64,000 bases of DNA from assembly GCA_002633005.1 (NCBI GenBank), contig NMRA01000190.1, forward strand, positions 611,157 through 675,156. The letters are read 5' to 3'. Positions within the stretch are counted from its first letter, which is position 1. Each line of letters starts with the position of its first letter. The DNA comes from Phoronis australis. Lineage: Eukaryota; Animalia; Phoronida. The notes under the pieces are model-generated. The model did no database searches, was not told the DNA's origin, and worked only from the letters and a program-made list of their open reading frames with translations. The position numbers were made by a program, and so were the translations under genes. Positions 63,555 to 64,000 of this stretch are shown piece after piece.

Positions 63555-64000
63555 CTGCCGAAATGCTGCTTATTCCTGTGCCTGCCCCCCCTAATTCAAA
63601 ATCCTGGATCCGCCCCTGCTACGGGTTGAAACATTATAATTTTTCTTTCCAAAAAGGACAGAGCCCTCAATCCCTCAAATTTAGGGCCCAATATCGGCCC
63701 TATTCCCCTCTCAAAAATATTGAAATATCACGCGAAATTCCCCCCACGAGGCACAAAAATTCCCCTAGTGAAAAATCTCTCTGAGTTCACATAACCTGTA
63801 ACCACACAGGTGACAATTTTTAAGAGCACAAAAGGCTACTTTAAAATGAGACAGAGCCTATGAGAGCTTGCAACAGGGCGGGGGTGCTATTGATGGTGAT
63901 CGGGAGGTAGACTGTTCCCGCCCTCACTCTGCGAAAAAATCGCCTCTCAGTAGGCACTAGCACCTTTCCCCTCGGATGAACGAGGTTTCTGCAGAAACAT

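Overview
Intron-rich, AT-rich eukaryotic DNA from an invertebrate animal (exact taxon not determinable), with three assembly gaps (single N at 26606, 45836-45968, 49848-50335). Three genes were reconstructed by hand from GT-AG splice sites with consistent reading phases. (1) A complete delta-catenin/p120-family gene on the minus strand: 20 coding exons, 24889->3384, about 1318 aa, ending in DSWV, with a probable non-coding first exon near 43.1 kb. (2) A complete SRSF3/Rbp1-type SR splicing factor on the plus strand: 4 coding exons, 52653-58646, about 149 aa. (3) The last three coding exons of an ALDH3A2-like fatty aldehyde dehydrogenase on the minus strand (62877->61698). Introns and intergenic DNA carry many non-autonomous DNA transposons: Helentron-associated, pogo/Tc1-like, Harbinger-like, hAT-like, and a MULE-like element with a 9-bp TSD. 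The most notable observations are a probable SRSF3-type poison cassette exon rich in CAA/UCAAC motifs, and, just upstream in the same intron, a transposon-borne array of about 15 co-oriented CTCF-like motifs spaced about 150 bp apart. Also notable are a CagA-like EPLYAKVNK motif in the catenin tail and an apparent presence/absence transposon polymorphism captured as a haplotype duplication. No database searches were run, so homology statements rest on recognised motifs.
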